Shown here: positions 53,105 to 64,000 of the stretch, in pieces
Layout of the letters: each line of letters opens with the position of its first letter
How positions within the stretch are numbered: position 1 is the stretch's first letter
Assembly: GCA_028534125.1 (NCBI GenBank)
Contig: CM052817.1
Coordinates: forward strand, 7,442,001 to 7,506,000
Length of the DNA stretch: 64,000 bases
From: Lama glama
Lineage: Eukaryota
Reading direction: 5' to 3'
The notes under the pieces: model-generated
Seen by the model: the letters and a program-made list of their open reading frames with translations, nothing else
The model's database searches: none
What the model was told of the DNA's origin: nothing
Program-made: the position numbers and the translations under genes

Positions 53105-53670
53105 GCGCTCTTTCCCTGGCACCAGTGCCTCTTGGCCAGGGGTTGTTCTCAGAATGTGCTCCGCTTATGCTTCGGTCTAAATCCACATTGTGTCAGACTT
53201 TCCCTGGCCTTTTGCGGTCTAGAAAACCATTGCTTAGAGCCCCCAGTATTTCACGCAATGTGAGTGTATGCCTCCCACTGCTGTCCCTTTCAGTCCTAGC
53301 TCACTATCTCTAGGTCTCCAGTATGAACCTGGGGGGGAAGTGGGCTGGAGATAATCTGAATGACAGGCTCCGTGTCACAAGCATAATCAGACTCTCTTCT
53401 TCTGTCCCAGTCGGGTCCAGAGACCACATCTGTTTGTCCGCCATCATATTACAAATTGTATCTGATTCATGATGAAACCTGATGCATGTTTACTGACTGA
53501 CAGTCAGTCTTGGGCCAGCCTTCTGCAGGTACATATACCATCTTCCCCAGATTCCTTCTAACACCATCCAAGGGCTTCCCCCTTGCCTCAGCCACTACCC
53601 CTCCACGCTACTCCTACATAAGACACAAGAACGTGGACCCTCTCTTTCCAGCATCCTAAAAGAAACATGT

Positions 53671-54044
53671 TGTTGTGGGTTGAATTATGTCCCTAAAGTA
53701 GATGCTGAAGTCCTCATCCCAGGCTCCTGTGCCTGTGATCTTCTTTGGAAATTGAATCTTCACACAAGAAACCAATTCAATATGAGGTCATACTGGATTA
53801 GGGCGGCCCTTAATCCAATAACTGGTGTCATAAGAAGGGGGAAATTTGGACGCAGAAACCACCAGCGGAAGGCCCTAAGGCAGAGGCTGGGACAGTTTCT
53901 CCCCGAGGGTTTCCTGAAAGGACCGACCCTGCTGGCACCTTGATTTCAGACTCTGGCCCCCTGGACTATGAGGAAATGCATTTCTGTTGCTTTCAGCCAC
54001 GCAGTTTATGGTGATTTGTTGCAGCAACCCTAAAAAATTAATAG
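53671..54044 (+). mobile_element. MaLR LTR (MLT1B/C-like)
   Basis: tgttgtgggttgaattatgtccc ... atgaggtcatactggattagggcggcccttaatcc ... tttgttgcagcaacccta. Confidence 0.9.
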
Positions 54045-54886
54045 GGTAAAGCCAAGAGCTACACTACTCACTTATAACTCTACATCCAGCCACATGCACA
54101 AGCCACTGCACTTTCTTGCTGATTTGGGTTGACAGTGATGGATCTATTTTTGCCATCCCAGCGGGAGGGGACACTGTGCACACTCCCCTGCCTGGCAGAG
54201 TTCCCACTGGGGTAACCTGCACACACTGACATCGGCTGGTTATAAAGTGAAAGCTAATGTGTCAGCACAGCGGTGTTCCTGTTAACTACTGATTTGTGTC
54301 CTCATTTGCGTAAACATGAACTGAACTATCGCGAAGCCAGGGGAAGGGAACCTCATCAGGGAGCTTTATAGGTCGGGAAAGTGCTTCCGACACCTGGGCC
54401 TCGTTGTACATGCAGAATCCTACATCCAAGCTGCTTATTTTCTTTTGTAAACCAAAAATTCAAAATTCTTAGCACACGGCAGTCATCTGAGTCCCTCAGG
54501 GAAATAAACATCGTGTACTCAAGATAAAACCAGCTACCCTGCAACTCCGGGACCCAATTCGTACTTCTGCCTCAGTCTGACAAGATCAGGGTTTCTACAT
54601 TCACAAGACCTGCGCAGCGAGAGCATATTCTACCCTCGAAGTCTCAAAGCCAAGTATAACCACGGCAGTGCCCAGCACCACAGGCTGTCCCTGTGTTCCT
54701 GAAGGCTTGCATCTTGGTCACGACAATCTGTCAGCCCAGGGACTGTTTGTGTTTCTTCCCTGGTCTTAAACGAATCCTGCCAAATAGCAGAACTTCAACC
54801 AGGTAAAGAATGACTGAAACTATAGGAGGTATAGGTCTTGGGAAAAACAGAGAAGGTAATATTTCTCCAATTAAAATAACATTTCT

Positions 54887-55036
54887 GGGGGGAAGGTATA
54901 GCTCAAGTGGTAGAGTGCACACTTAGCACGCACAAGGTCCTGGGTTCAATCCCCAGCACCTCCTCCAAAAACTAAATAACTAAATCTAATTACCTTCCCT
55001 CCAAAAAATAAAAAAAAATTTTTTAATTTAAAAAAT
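54887..55036 (+). mobile_element. tRNA-derived SINE, camelid Vic-1 type
   Basis: A-box tagctcaagtgg; B-box ggttcaatccc; perfect 12-bp TSD aataacatttct (54875-54886 / 55037-55048). Confidence 0.93.
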
Positions 55037-55115
55037 AATAACATTTCTTAGAATGTGGAGATTCTAGGAAAAATCAGGTATCCTTTCTTTGTAAGTCATC
55101 AAAACCAACTTCCAG

Positions 55116-55417
55116 GAGGAACTGGGGATATGTTGTTTAAGGGCACAAATTTGCCACCAGTAGATAAGTGAGTCTTGGAGATATAAACACAATGTATCGA
55201 TTATAGAAAACTATGTTGTATTACAAAGTTTAAAGTTGCTAAGGGACTAGATCTTGTTCCTACAGCACAGAGGAAATAATTACGTGAAATGATAGGGGTA
55301 TTGGCTCATGCTATGGTGGTATGGTGGTACCTATATTGTAATATATAATTGTATCAAAGCAACACTGCACACTTTAAATTTATACACCATGTCAATTTTA
55401 TCTCAATTTTTAAAAAT
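55116..55417 (+). mobile_element. L1 3' UTR fragment
   Basis: aaagttgctaag...tgtatcaaagcaacactgcacactttaaa...tatctcaat; TSD ccaacttccag (55105-55115 / 55418-55428). Confidence 0.88.
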
Positions 55418-56257
55418 CCAACTTCCAGTCCTCTGTGATTATTCACTTAAGATAATATTTGAATGTCTTAGCCACTGCGAGTGAAAGAGGCCAGGCATAA
55501 TACGATGTACAAATGTTGTCTCTGTATTCGAAGCGATGAAAATCTAGTGAGCAAACACTCACTGGGAAGTCTGCTTTGGAGTCTAAGAAACAGTTAGCCA
55601 CTGGCAGCCAAAATACCTACCTCTACGTTCTGTCTCTGTGACACCACTAGTCATCTGTGTTCCAGTCCCCAAATCTCCAAAGCTCGGGTAACTTAATATC
55701 AAAATGGGGCATTTTTTCCTTTCTTACATTCTCATCAAGAAGATAAAGCGTATGAGATCATTTTGAAATTCAAATCACCTAACAAATATAATCTATATTT
55801 GTTGCAGTTTTTTGGTAAAGAGCACTTTGGCGTGTTCCTGAATCCTTTGAAGTACATAGCTTTGTTGTCAGACAGCCCTGAATGTTAAGGGCTCTGTTTT
55901 CATCTCATAGCTTGTCTCTCCTTGGTGGATAGATAATATTCTTGCACCACACAAACTTTAAAATTAGACTGAATATTTGTACAAGTACCTCGAAAAGGAA
56001 AGAAAAAGCTAAATGCTAGTGAGAAATGAAGATTTTACTAAAGATTCGTAGGGAAGATGAAAAGAAAATTCACATCACTCTCTACAGAGCAAAGAAATCT
56101 GCAATTGTCCCTTAAATCCTTAGATATTTCTGTTACCTTCAAAAATCTCTCCGGGCATATGGGTAAACTTTATCCTTCATATATTCAGTTGATTCTCTCT
56201 TTGTCTCTCTTGTCCTCATTCAAACTCATGTATTTTCTTGTCTCCTGGACAGCACCC

Positions 56258-56333
<76 letters not shown>

Positions 56334-56337
56334 TAGA
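56258..56337 (+). repeat. Compound tetranucleotide microsatellite (TAGA)13(CAGA)6(TAGA)
   Basis: Direct count. Confidence 0.98.
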
Positions 56338-56744
56338 TAAAGTATAATTAACATATCACATAATTTACTCATTAAAGTGTAAAATTTAATGTTTTGAGTA
56401 TAATCACAAGGTTATGTAGCCATTATCACCATCTAATTTAGACCATTTTTTTGCCACAAAAAGAAACCCCATACCCACTAGTAATCACTCTCTAAGACCC
56501 TTCACCACATCACACTCCCCACCCAGCCCCTAATTTACTGTCTATCTCTCTAGATTTACTTATATTGGACCTTTCATATAATTACAATCACACAATACAT
56601 CATCTCTTGTATCTCGCTTACTGGCTTCTTTATTGTCAACTAACGTTCCACTGTATGGCTAAACCACACTATATTTAGTCATTCATCATTTATGGACATT
56701 TGGGCCATTTCCACTTTCTGGCTATTATGAATAATGCTGCTATG

Positions 56745-57293
56745 TACTATTTACAATAGCCAAGACATGGAAACCACCTAAATGTCCATCAACAGATGAC
56801 TGGATAAAGAAGCTGTGGTATATTTATACAATGGAATAGTACTCAGCCATAAAAAATAATAAAATAATGCCATTTGTAGCAACATAGATGGACCTGGAGA
56901 TTGTTATTCTAAGTGAAGTAAGCCAGAAAGAGAAAGAGAAATACCATATGATTATCACTCATATGTGAAAAAAGACCAAAGAACTTACTTACAAATGATA
57001 AACAGACTCACAGACATAGAAAACAAACTTACGGTTACCAGGGGGAAGAGGATGGGAAGGGATAAATTGGAAGTTCCAGATTTGCTGATAGTAACTACTA
57101 TATATAAAATAAACAACAAGTTCATACTGTATAGCACAGGGAACTATATTCAACATCTTGTAGTAACTTATGGTGAAAAAGAATATGAAAATGAATATAT
57201 GAATGTTCATCTATGACTGAAGCATTATGCTGTACATGAGAAATTGGCACAATATTATAAACTGACTGTACTTCAATAAAAACATATTTAAAA
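56745..57293 (+). mobile_element. Younger 5'-truncated L1 nested in the L1MB
   Basis: tatttacaatagccaagacatggaa...aaatgtccatcaacagatgactggataaagaag; TSD aataatgctgctatg (56730-56744) / aataatactgctttg (57294-57308). Confidence 0.95.
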
Positions 57294-57660
57294 AATAATA
57301 CTGCTTTGAACATTCATATACAAGTTTCTGTATGAACATATATTTGCCCTTTTTTTAGGTACTTAGAAGTGGAATTGCTTGATCTGAGGGTAACTCTGCC
57401 ATTTGAGAAACTGCCAAACTGTTTCCCAAGCAGCTACACAATTTTACATTCCCACCGGCGACACATGAGGGTTCCAATTTCTCCACATCTTCATCAGCAC
57501 TCGCCTCTCTTTTGATGCACTGGTGGATAAGAAATAGAACCTCATTGTGGTTTTTATCTGCATTTTCTTAATGACTAATGATGTTAATCAGCATATAATG
57601 TGCTTATTGGCCATGTGTAAGTATACTTTAGACAAATCTCTTTTCAAATCATTTGCTCAT

Positions 57661-58003
57661 TGTCCTTGTCTGCTCAGGCTGCTGTAACAAAAATAACATA
57701 GATCAAGTGACAAACAACAAACATTTATTTTTCACAGTTCTAGGGCTTGGGAAGTCCAAGAGGAAGGTATTGGTGGATACGGTGTCTGGTGAGGGACTGC
57801 TTCTTATTTACATACAGTGCTCACGTGTTAGAAGGGTCAAGGCATTCTGGAGTCTCTTTCATGAGGGCACTAATTCCATTTGGAAGGGCTCCATCCTCAT
57901 GACCAACTTACTTCCCAAAGGTCCCACCTCCAAATGCCTTCACACTGGGGATTAGGTTTCAACATATGAATTTTGGAGGGACATAAGTGTTTAGCCCACA
58001 GCA
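57661..58003 (-). mobile_element. MLT1A-like MaLR solo LTR nested in the L1MB
   Basis: TG..CA termini; perfect 5-bp TSD ctcat (57656-57660 / 58004-58008). Confidence 0.95.
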
Positions 58004-60903
58004 CTCATAATTTAACTCATTTATCTTTTATTGTTGAGTTATGAGATTTTGTCTTTATCAGATACATGATTTACAAATATTTTCTCCCATTTTGTGATTC
58101 ATCTTTCACTTTCTCAATAGTATTATTTTTCTGAACAAAAGTTCACATTTTGATGTAGTTCAATGTATCTTTTTTTTTTTTTTTTGGTCACTTGTGCTTT
58201 TGGTGTTATATCTAATAAGTGAGAGCCTACTCCAATGTCGCAGAGATTTTCTCCTGTTTTCTTTAAAGAGTTTTGCAATTTCAATCACAACACTTCTGTC
58301 TACAATCCATTTTAAGTTTTTATGGGGGGCATGTCATGTGGAAGATATCCATTCTCATATATTTTTTGCAGGTGGATAGTCATTTGTCCTGGCATCATTG
58401 TAAAAGACTGTTTTAATCCCCATTAAATTATTTCAGATCCCTTGTTGAAAATTAATTAACCATAAATATATGATTTTAGTTTTGATTTCTCAATTATATT
58501 CCATTAATCTATATGCCTGTCCTTATGCCAGTACTACACTGTACTGATTATAATGGATTTACAGTAGGTTTTAAAGTTAGGAAGTATTCATTTTCCTGTT
58601 TTGCTCTTCTTTTCCTATTTTCCTAAAGTGAAAGTTGAAATTACTGATTTGAGATTATACTTTTAAAAATATAGGTATTTATAACTATACATTTCCTTCT
58701 GAGCACTATTTTAACTGCACCCCATAAGACCTGATGTGCCTTTTTTTTTTCATTCATCTCAAGACAGTTTCTAATTTTCTTTGTGATTCTTTCTTTAAAC
58801 CATTTTTTATTTACGATTGTGTTAATTCCAAAAATATGTGTGAATTTCTCAAATTCCATTCTGTTACTGATTTCTAATTTTATTCCACTGTGGTCAGAGA
58901 ACATACTTTGTGTGATTTTAAGGCTTTTAAATTGAGTGAGATCTTAGGACCTAATATATATTCTGTTCTGGAGATTGTTTTATCTGTGCTCAAGAAGAGT
59001 GTGCATTTTGTTGTTTATTACATTTATTTTATTTATAGTGTTAGTCAAGTCTTCCATTTTCTTGCTAATCCTCTGCCTAGTTGTCCTGACCATAATTGAA
59101 CAAGGGGTATTAAAATCTCCTATTACTATTGTCCAATTATATAGTCCCTTCACTTCTGTCAGTGTTTTCTTCATGTATGCTGAGGACTCTGTCTTTAGAT
59201 ACATATGTGTTTATAATTATTATAATTGTTATAACTTTATGGTGGAATAATTCTTTTATCATTACAAAATGTCTTTATCTCTAGTAATATTTTTGCTAAA
59301 AGTCTAGAGGCTGATATGCATATTGCCACTTTTTATGATTGTTTTGCCTATATCATTTTCTATCTTTTAACTTTGAACCTGTTTCTTTTAATTTAAAGTT
59401 TGTGTTCTGTACATGACATATAGCTTGATTTTTTTAGTAATCTCTACTTTTTGCTTAGATTAATTAATTCATATTTAACGTTATCACTGATATGGTTGGA
59501 AATGTATTTGCCATTTTACTTTGTTTTCTATATGTCTCATGTCTTTTTTGTTCTTTTATTTCTTCTTTATTGTCTTTTTTAATTGGGTCACTATTTTCTA
59601 GCATAACAGTTTATTTCCTTATTTTAAATTATTTTTTGAGTTATGTTCTTGGTGGTTGCTCTGGGTTTGCAATATATATATTAAATTATCAGAATCCAAT
59701 TCAGGGTTGTATTGACTCAGGTAAAGTGGAAAATAGAAAATTTACCCTTATATAGTTCAATTTAACCCCTTTTTTGTTGTATTATTATTATACATATTAC
59801 ATTTATTTGTTACATACCCCTCAATATTACTTTATGTAATATTATACCTTTAAAAGAAATTGAGAAAAGAAAGGCAAGCAAATATAGTTTTATAGAATTT
59901 GTTATATTCACTTTCTTACTTTCTCTTGCAGTGTTCCTTTATTTCTTTTTGTGGTCTTCAGTTACCACCTGGTTTAATTTTTTAACTCCAATGAAGCTTT
60001 GTTTTTACCTTTTGCTACTATTGTCCAGTATGTTACATCTCCATATAAGTCTAGCAATGTAATTATACAAATATTGCTTTATATAATTGCTTTTCAAATC
60101 AGTTAAAAAATGGGAGGAGAGTAAATATGCAATTATACTGTCTTTGTAATTACCTACATAGTTACCTTTCCTGGTGCTCTTTTTCTCATGTGATTTAGAA
60201 TTATTTTTTAATCTCATTTGCTTTAATTTTGGAGAACTCCCTTTAGTATTTTTTGTAAGGCAGGTTTTCTTGCAATGGATTCTCTGTATTTTTAATCTGG
60301 GAATTTATTTTGTCTCTACATTTAAGATAGCTTTGAATAGACAAGATTCTTGTTTAAAAAGAATGTGTGTGAGTGTGTGTCCAGCACTTTGTCTATGTGT
60401 TCCATTGCCTACTGCTCTCCACTATATCTAATGGGAAGTCAGATGTTAACCTTTTTAATTTTTTTCTTGTACATTATAGGTAAATTTTCCCTTGCTGCTT
60501 TCAAGATTTTTCTCTTTGTCTTTGCATTTCCACATTTTGACTATAATATGCCTGGGTGTGGATATCTTTTGGTTTATTCTACTTAAAGTTTGTTGAACTT
60601 ACATGTGTGGATTAATTTTTTCCCAAGGGAAATGTTTATAACCATCATTTCCTTGAATATTTTTTTCTATCTCTTTTTCTCTCTTATCTCCTGAAATTTT
60701 TGTTACACATATGTTGATACACTTAATGACATGTCACATTTCCCTGAGGTTCTGTTCGCTTTTCTTCATTCTTTCTCTCTCTTCTTTAGATTGCATAATC
60801 TTTTCTGCTGTGTATTCAGGATAAATGATTCTTTGTTCTGCCAGTGCATATTACCTGTTGATCCCCTCCAGTATTTGTTTACATTTTGGTTATGGTAATT
60901 TTA

Positions 60904-61137
60904 TTTTATTTTTTTAACATTATTTTGAGTTACAGTCAGTTCACAATGTTGTGTCAATTTTCAGTGTAGAGCAAAATTTTTCAGTTATACATGAACATAC
61001 ATATATTCATTGTCACATTTTTTTTCACTGTGAGCTACCATAAGATCTTGTATGTATTTCCCTGTGCTACACAGTATAATCTTGTTTATTTATTCTGCAT
61101 ATGCCTGTCAGTATCTACAAATTTTGAACTCCAAATC
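60904..61137 (-). mobile_element. Short young L1 3' end nested in the L1MB
   Basis: Perfect 17-bp TSD tggttatggtaatttta (60887-60903 / 61138-61154); similar to the 3' end of the L1 at 56745-57293. Confidence 0.93.
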
Positions 61138-61289
61138 TGGTTATGGTAATTTTAAACTCTAGAAAGTCCATTTGTTTGTTTGTTTGTTTTAATGATTTGT
61201 ATCTCTATTTGACATTGTCTCTCTGATAAGATATTGTGTAATACTGCAATTTTAAGCATGGTCTCCTTTAGTTCTTTGAACATATTTAT

Positions 61290-61789
61290 NNNNNNNNNNN
61301 NNNNNNNNNNNNNNNNNNNNNNNNNNNNNNNNNNNNNNNNNNNNNNNNNNNNNNNNNNNNNNNNNNNNNNNNNNNNNNNNNNNNNNNNNNNNNNNNNNNN
61401 NNNNNNNNNNNNNNNNNNNNNNNNNNNNNNNNNNNNNNNNNNNNNNNNNNNNNNNNNNNNNNNNNNNNNNNNNNNNNNNNNNNNNNNNNNNNNNNNNNNN
61501 NNNNNNNNNNNNNNNNNNNNNNNNNNNNNNNNNNNNNNNNNNNNNNNNNNNNNNNNNNNNNNNNNNNNNNNNNNNNNNNNNNNNNNNNNNNNNNNNNNNN
61601 NNNNNNNNNNNNNNNNNNNNNNNNNNNNNNNNNNNNNNNNNNNNNNNNNNNNNNNNNNNNNNNNNNNNNNNNNNNNNNNNNNNNNNNNNNNNNNNNNNNN
61701 NNNNNNNNNNNNNNNNNNNNNNNNNNNNNNNNNNNNNNNNNNNNNNNNNNNNNNNNNNNNNNNNNNNNNNNNNNNNNNNNNNNNNNNNN
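61290..61789. other. Assembly gap (500 N)
   Basis: Run of N. Confidence 1.
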
Positions 61790-62649
61790 GTGTAGCAACT
61801 CTGGATACTGATGTCTGTCCCTCCACCAGAGGTGGTGGTGGTCACTTGTTCACTTGTTTAGCAACTTGACTGCACTAATTCTGCAAAGTCTATTTCCCTG
61901 ACAGTGTATATTTTCAGATAACCCTACTCAAAATTTTCCCTTATTTTTGTATTTTATCCTGGTTATGAGGACTCATTCTTGGATTGACATAAGCCATTTA
62001 TTGGCTAAAGGTTGTTTAATCAACTTGACAAATTAGATTTGTACACTTTACTCTTAGATGTGCGTGTGGCTTTGAGACTACTGTCATAGTTGAGAGATTA
62101 ATATTTTGTCCCACATTAAGCGAGTGTCTAGTAACTTGGTTTCCTTCACCAGTCATTCCTGATGGGGTAAACCCTGCATGCACACAGTCTTTCAGAACCC
62201 CAGGGATAAGTGTACATTTATGTTTATGTTTGAGTCCCTATTAGTTATCTTTGGGTCATAGTAGCTTATTTTTCACTCAGTATATGGTCAGAGGTTGTGT
62301 TTAGAATTCTTATGCTGTTGAGTTCTCATGCCATTAAGGGTCTTCTGCTCTGTGTTGATGAGGGTCTGTGTGTTTCTTGGAGATGCTTTCCAGTTTGCCT
62401 CACATCTTATGGTAACTCTCCCCGAGCAGGTGCAGCTTACACATATGCACAGACTTTCTGCCTCCAGTGGAGATCTTGAATCATGGAAGGTCCTATTTAG
62501 CTGTCTCTTTTCTTAGTTCTCTTTATTAAAAGTTCTGGCTGATCTGCTATTTTGCTCAGATTGTGGAGCTGTCAGTCTCCTTCTTACTGTTCTCCACCAA
62601 GCCCTCTGTTATTTTTGACAATGACCCTAGGCATGGAGTTTTCCAAGCT

Positions 62650-62990
62650 ATCTGTGAAGCTCTGCAAGAGTTTTCATCAACTGCAACATTAGAAACAGCA
62701 CAGTCCACACAAGACCACCTTCACTTCTGACACATTGCGAGTTCATGATTCTCCAAACCACCCTCAGTTTGTGTTATTCACTAGAGAGTCTCACAAAGCT
62801 TACTGCTATTATATTCACAGTTATAGTTCATTATAGAGAAAAGGAACATATTAAAATAAGCCAAAGGACGAGACACATAGGGAAGAGTCTAGGAAAAGTA
62901 TCGAGTGCATAGCATCCATTGTCCTTGCCCCATTGAGTCACAGACATATTACTCCCCTGGCATCAACTCATGACAACACACACTAAAGTG
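62650..62990 (-). mobile_element. MER21-like LTR fragment
   Basis: cacaagaccaccttcacttctgacac ... accaccctcag ... ttaaaataagccaaagg...cacatagggaagagtctagg. Confidence 0.75.
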
Positions 62991-63049
62991 TGTGAATAAA
63001 AACTAGAGAAATGCAGACTTAACTGTGTCTGTTATTATTTTCTAGCTAG

Positions 63050-63210
63050 TTCTTAAATAGTCATTTGAGGGTCAGCATATCTGAGACCTTCACTTTACAG
63101 ATGGGAAGATTGAGTCTCAAACAGGTGTCATAACTTGTCTATGGTTACCCAAAGCATCGTGGCAAGTTGGGACTAAAGTCTAATTCCTGGGTCCCTGTGA
63201 GCACTGGAGC
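63050..63210 (-). mobile_element. MIR fragment
   Basis: cactttacagatgggaagattgagtctca ... taacttgtctatggttaccca. Confidence 0.75.
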
Positions 63211-64000
63211 ATAAAAGGCCAAACTGGAGCATTTTATGTGTTTTAGAGAAAATGCTTTTGGATAGTAAGATAATATTGCCTTTTGTAGGACCCTTGGGAC
63301 TTTCTTTTAAGATAGCTTCCTCAACTATTACAACAGTCCTTACTCTTCTCATGTAATGCCAGTGTATATATTTTCAGTTTTTATGTCCACATCTCTCATA
63401 TCTGTGAACTTCACCCAGTCAAAATCCCATTTCTCATGTGAGAATTCTGAACCAAATAGAGGGTGGTGATTTTCCCAGTGTTACCCAGCTTGTTACACAC
63501 TTCACACTATACGCCACAGCGCCATACTTTCAGTTCAGGCCTCTTTCCAATATGCCTCAGTTGCTGACCGTTGTTTCTGTCAGAATCAAAGTCGCTCTCC
63601 TGACCTCTTACCTGAAGCATCGGCATGTGAAAATACAGCCCCTCTGCCTAATTATTTTTTTCCCTTAGATCTCCAACTTGATGCAATATCAGAGCCTTCT
63701 GTCACCCTTCATTTTCCTGTGTGTTAAGTAGAGTCACACAGTAATAACTTGACTTCCATTTGTCTTACAAAGTCACACCATCACTTTTGCCCTAGCTGAT
63801 ATTTAGGATGCATGCAATTTTGATTTCTTTTTCTGATCTACAGATTTTGGAAGTAAGAGAAAGGTTAAGTACTACCTTTGGTGCCAAGCTACTGAGAAGA
63901 GCCCAGAAACTCCTGTGTTCAAAATCAGGTGCAGAAGATCAAAAGATGCCAAAAACTCACAAGAAAGATGCCTCTGAGAACAAACTTGTCTGAACTAAGA

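Larger units (their letters stand above)
56340..62640 (-). mobile_element. Old L1 (L1MB-like) with an internal deletion and three nested insertions
   Basis: Endonuclease motifs FSDHSGIKLEI (58641-58904) and TIVIGDFNTP (58980-59204); L1MB-type 3' UTR at the left end; right boundary approximate. Confidence 0.92.

Noticed and set aside
54887..54965. tRNA gene
   Set aside because: The tRNA-like head is followed by a SINE body, A-rich tail and TSD; the same applies to 51756
1..64000. CRISPR array, rRNA, bacterial operon or intact host CDS
   Set aside because: No regularly spaced repeats, rRNA motifs or long intact ORFs; the sequence is repeat-rich mammalian DNA

Overview
Mammalian genomic DNA, most likely camelid: two tRNA-derived SINEs match the camelid Vic-1 type as I recall it. 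The window is intronic or intergenic and rich in repeats. It holds three large minus-strand L1 copies, many MIR and L2 relics, MaLR, ERVL and ERV1 LTRs, DNA-transposon fragments, microsatellites and two 500-N assembly gaps. I could not support any intact protein-coding gene. The least ordinary part is about 38.9-43.7 kb. It has a single CpG island with an internal 11-bp direct repeat, then a ~200-bp degenerate inverted repeat (40230-40430 / 41472-41680) whose left arm sits inside a (TCC)n polypyrimidine tract, then a repeat-free 1.5-kb coding-like stretch I cannot identify. Repeat family names come from recalled consensus sequences, not a search. Boundaries without a quoted target-site duplication (TSD) are approximate.
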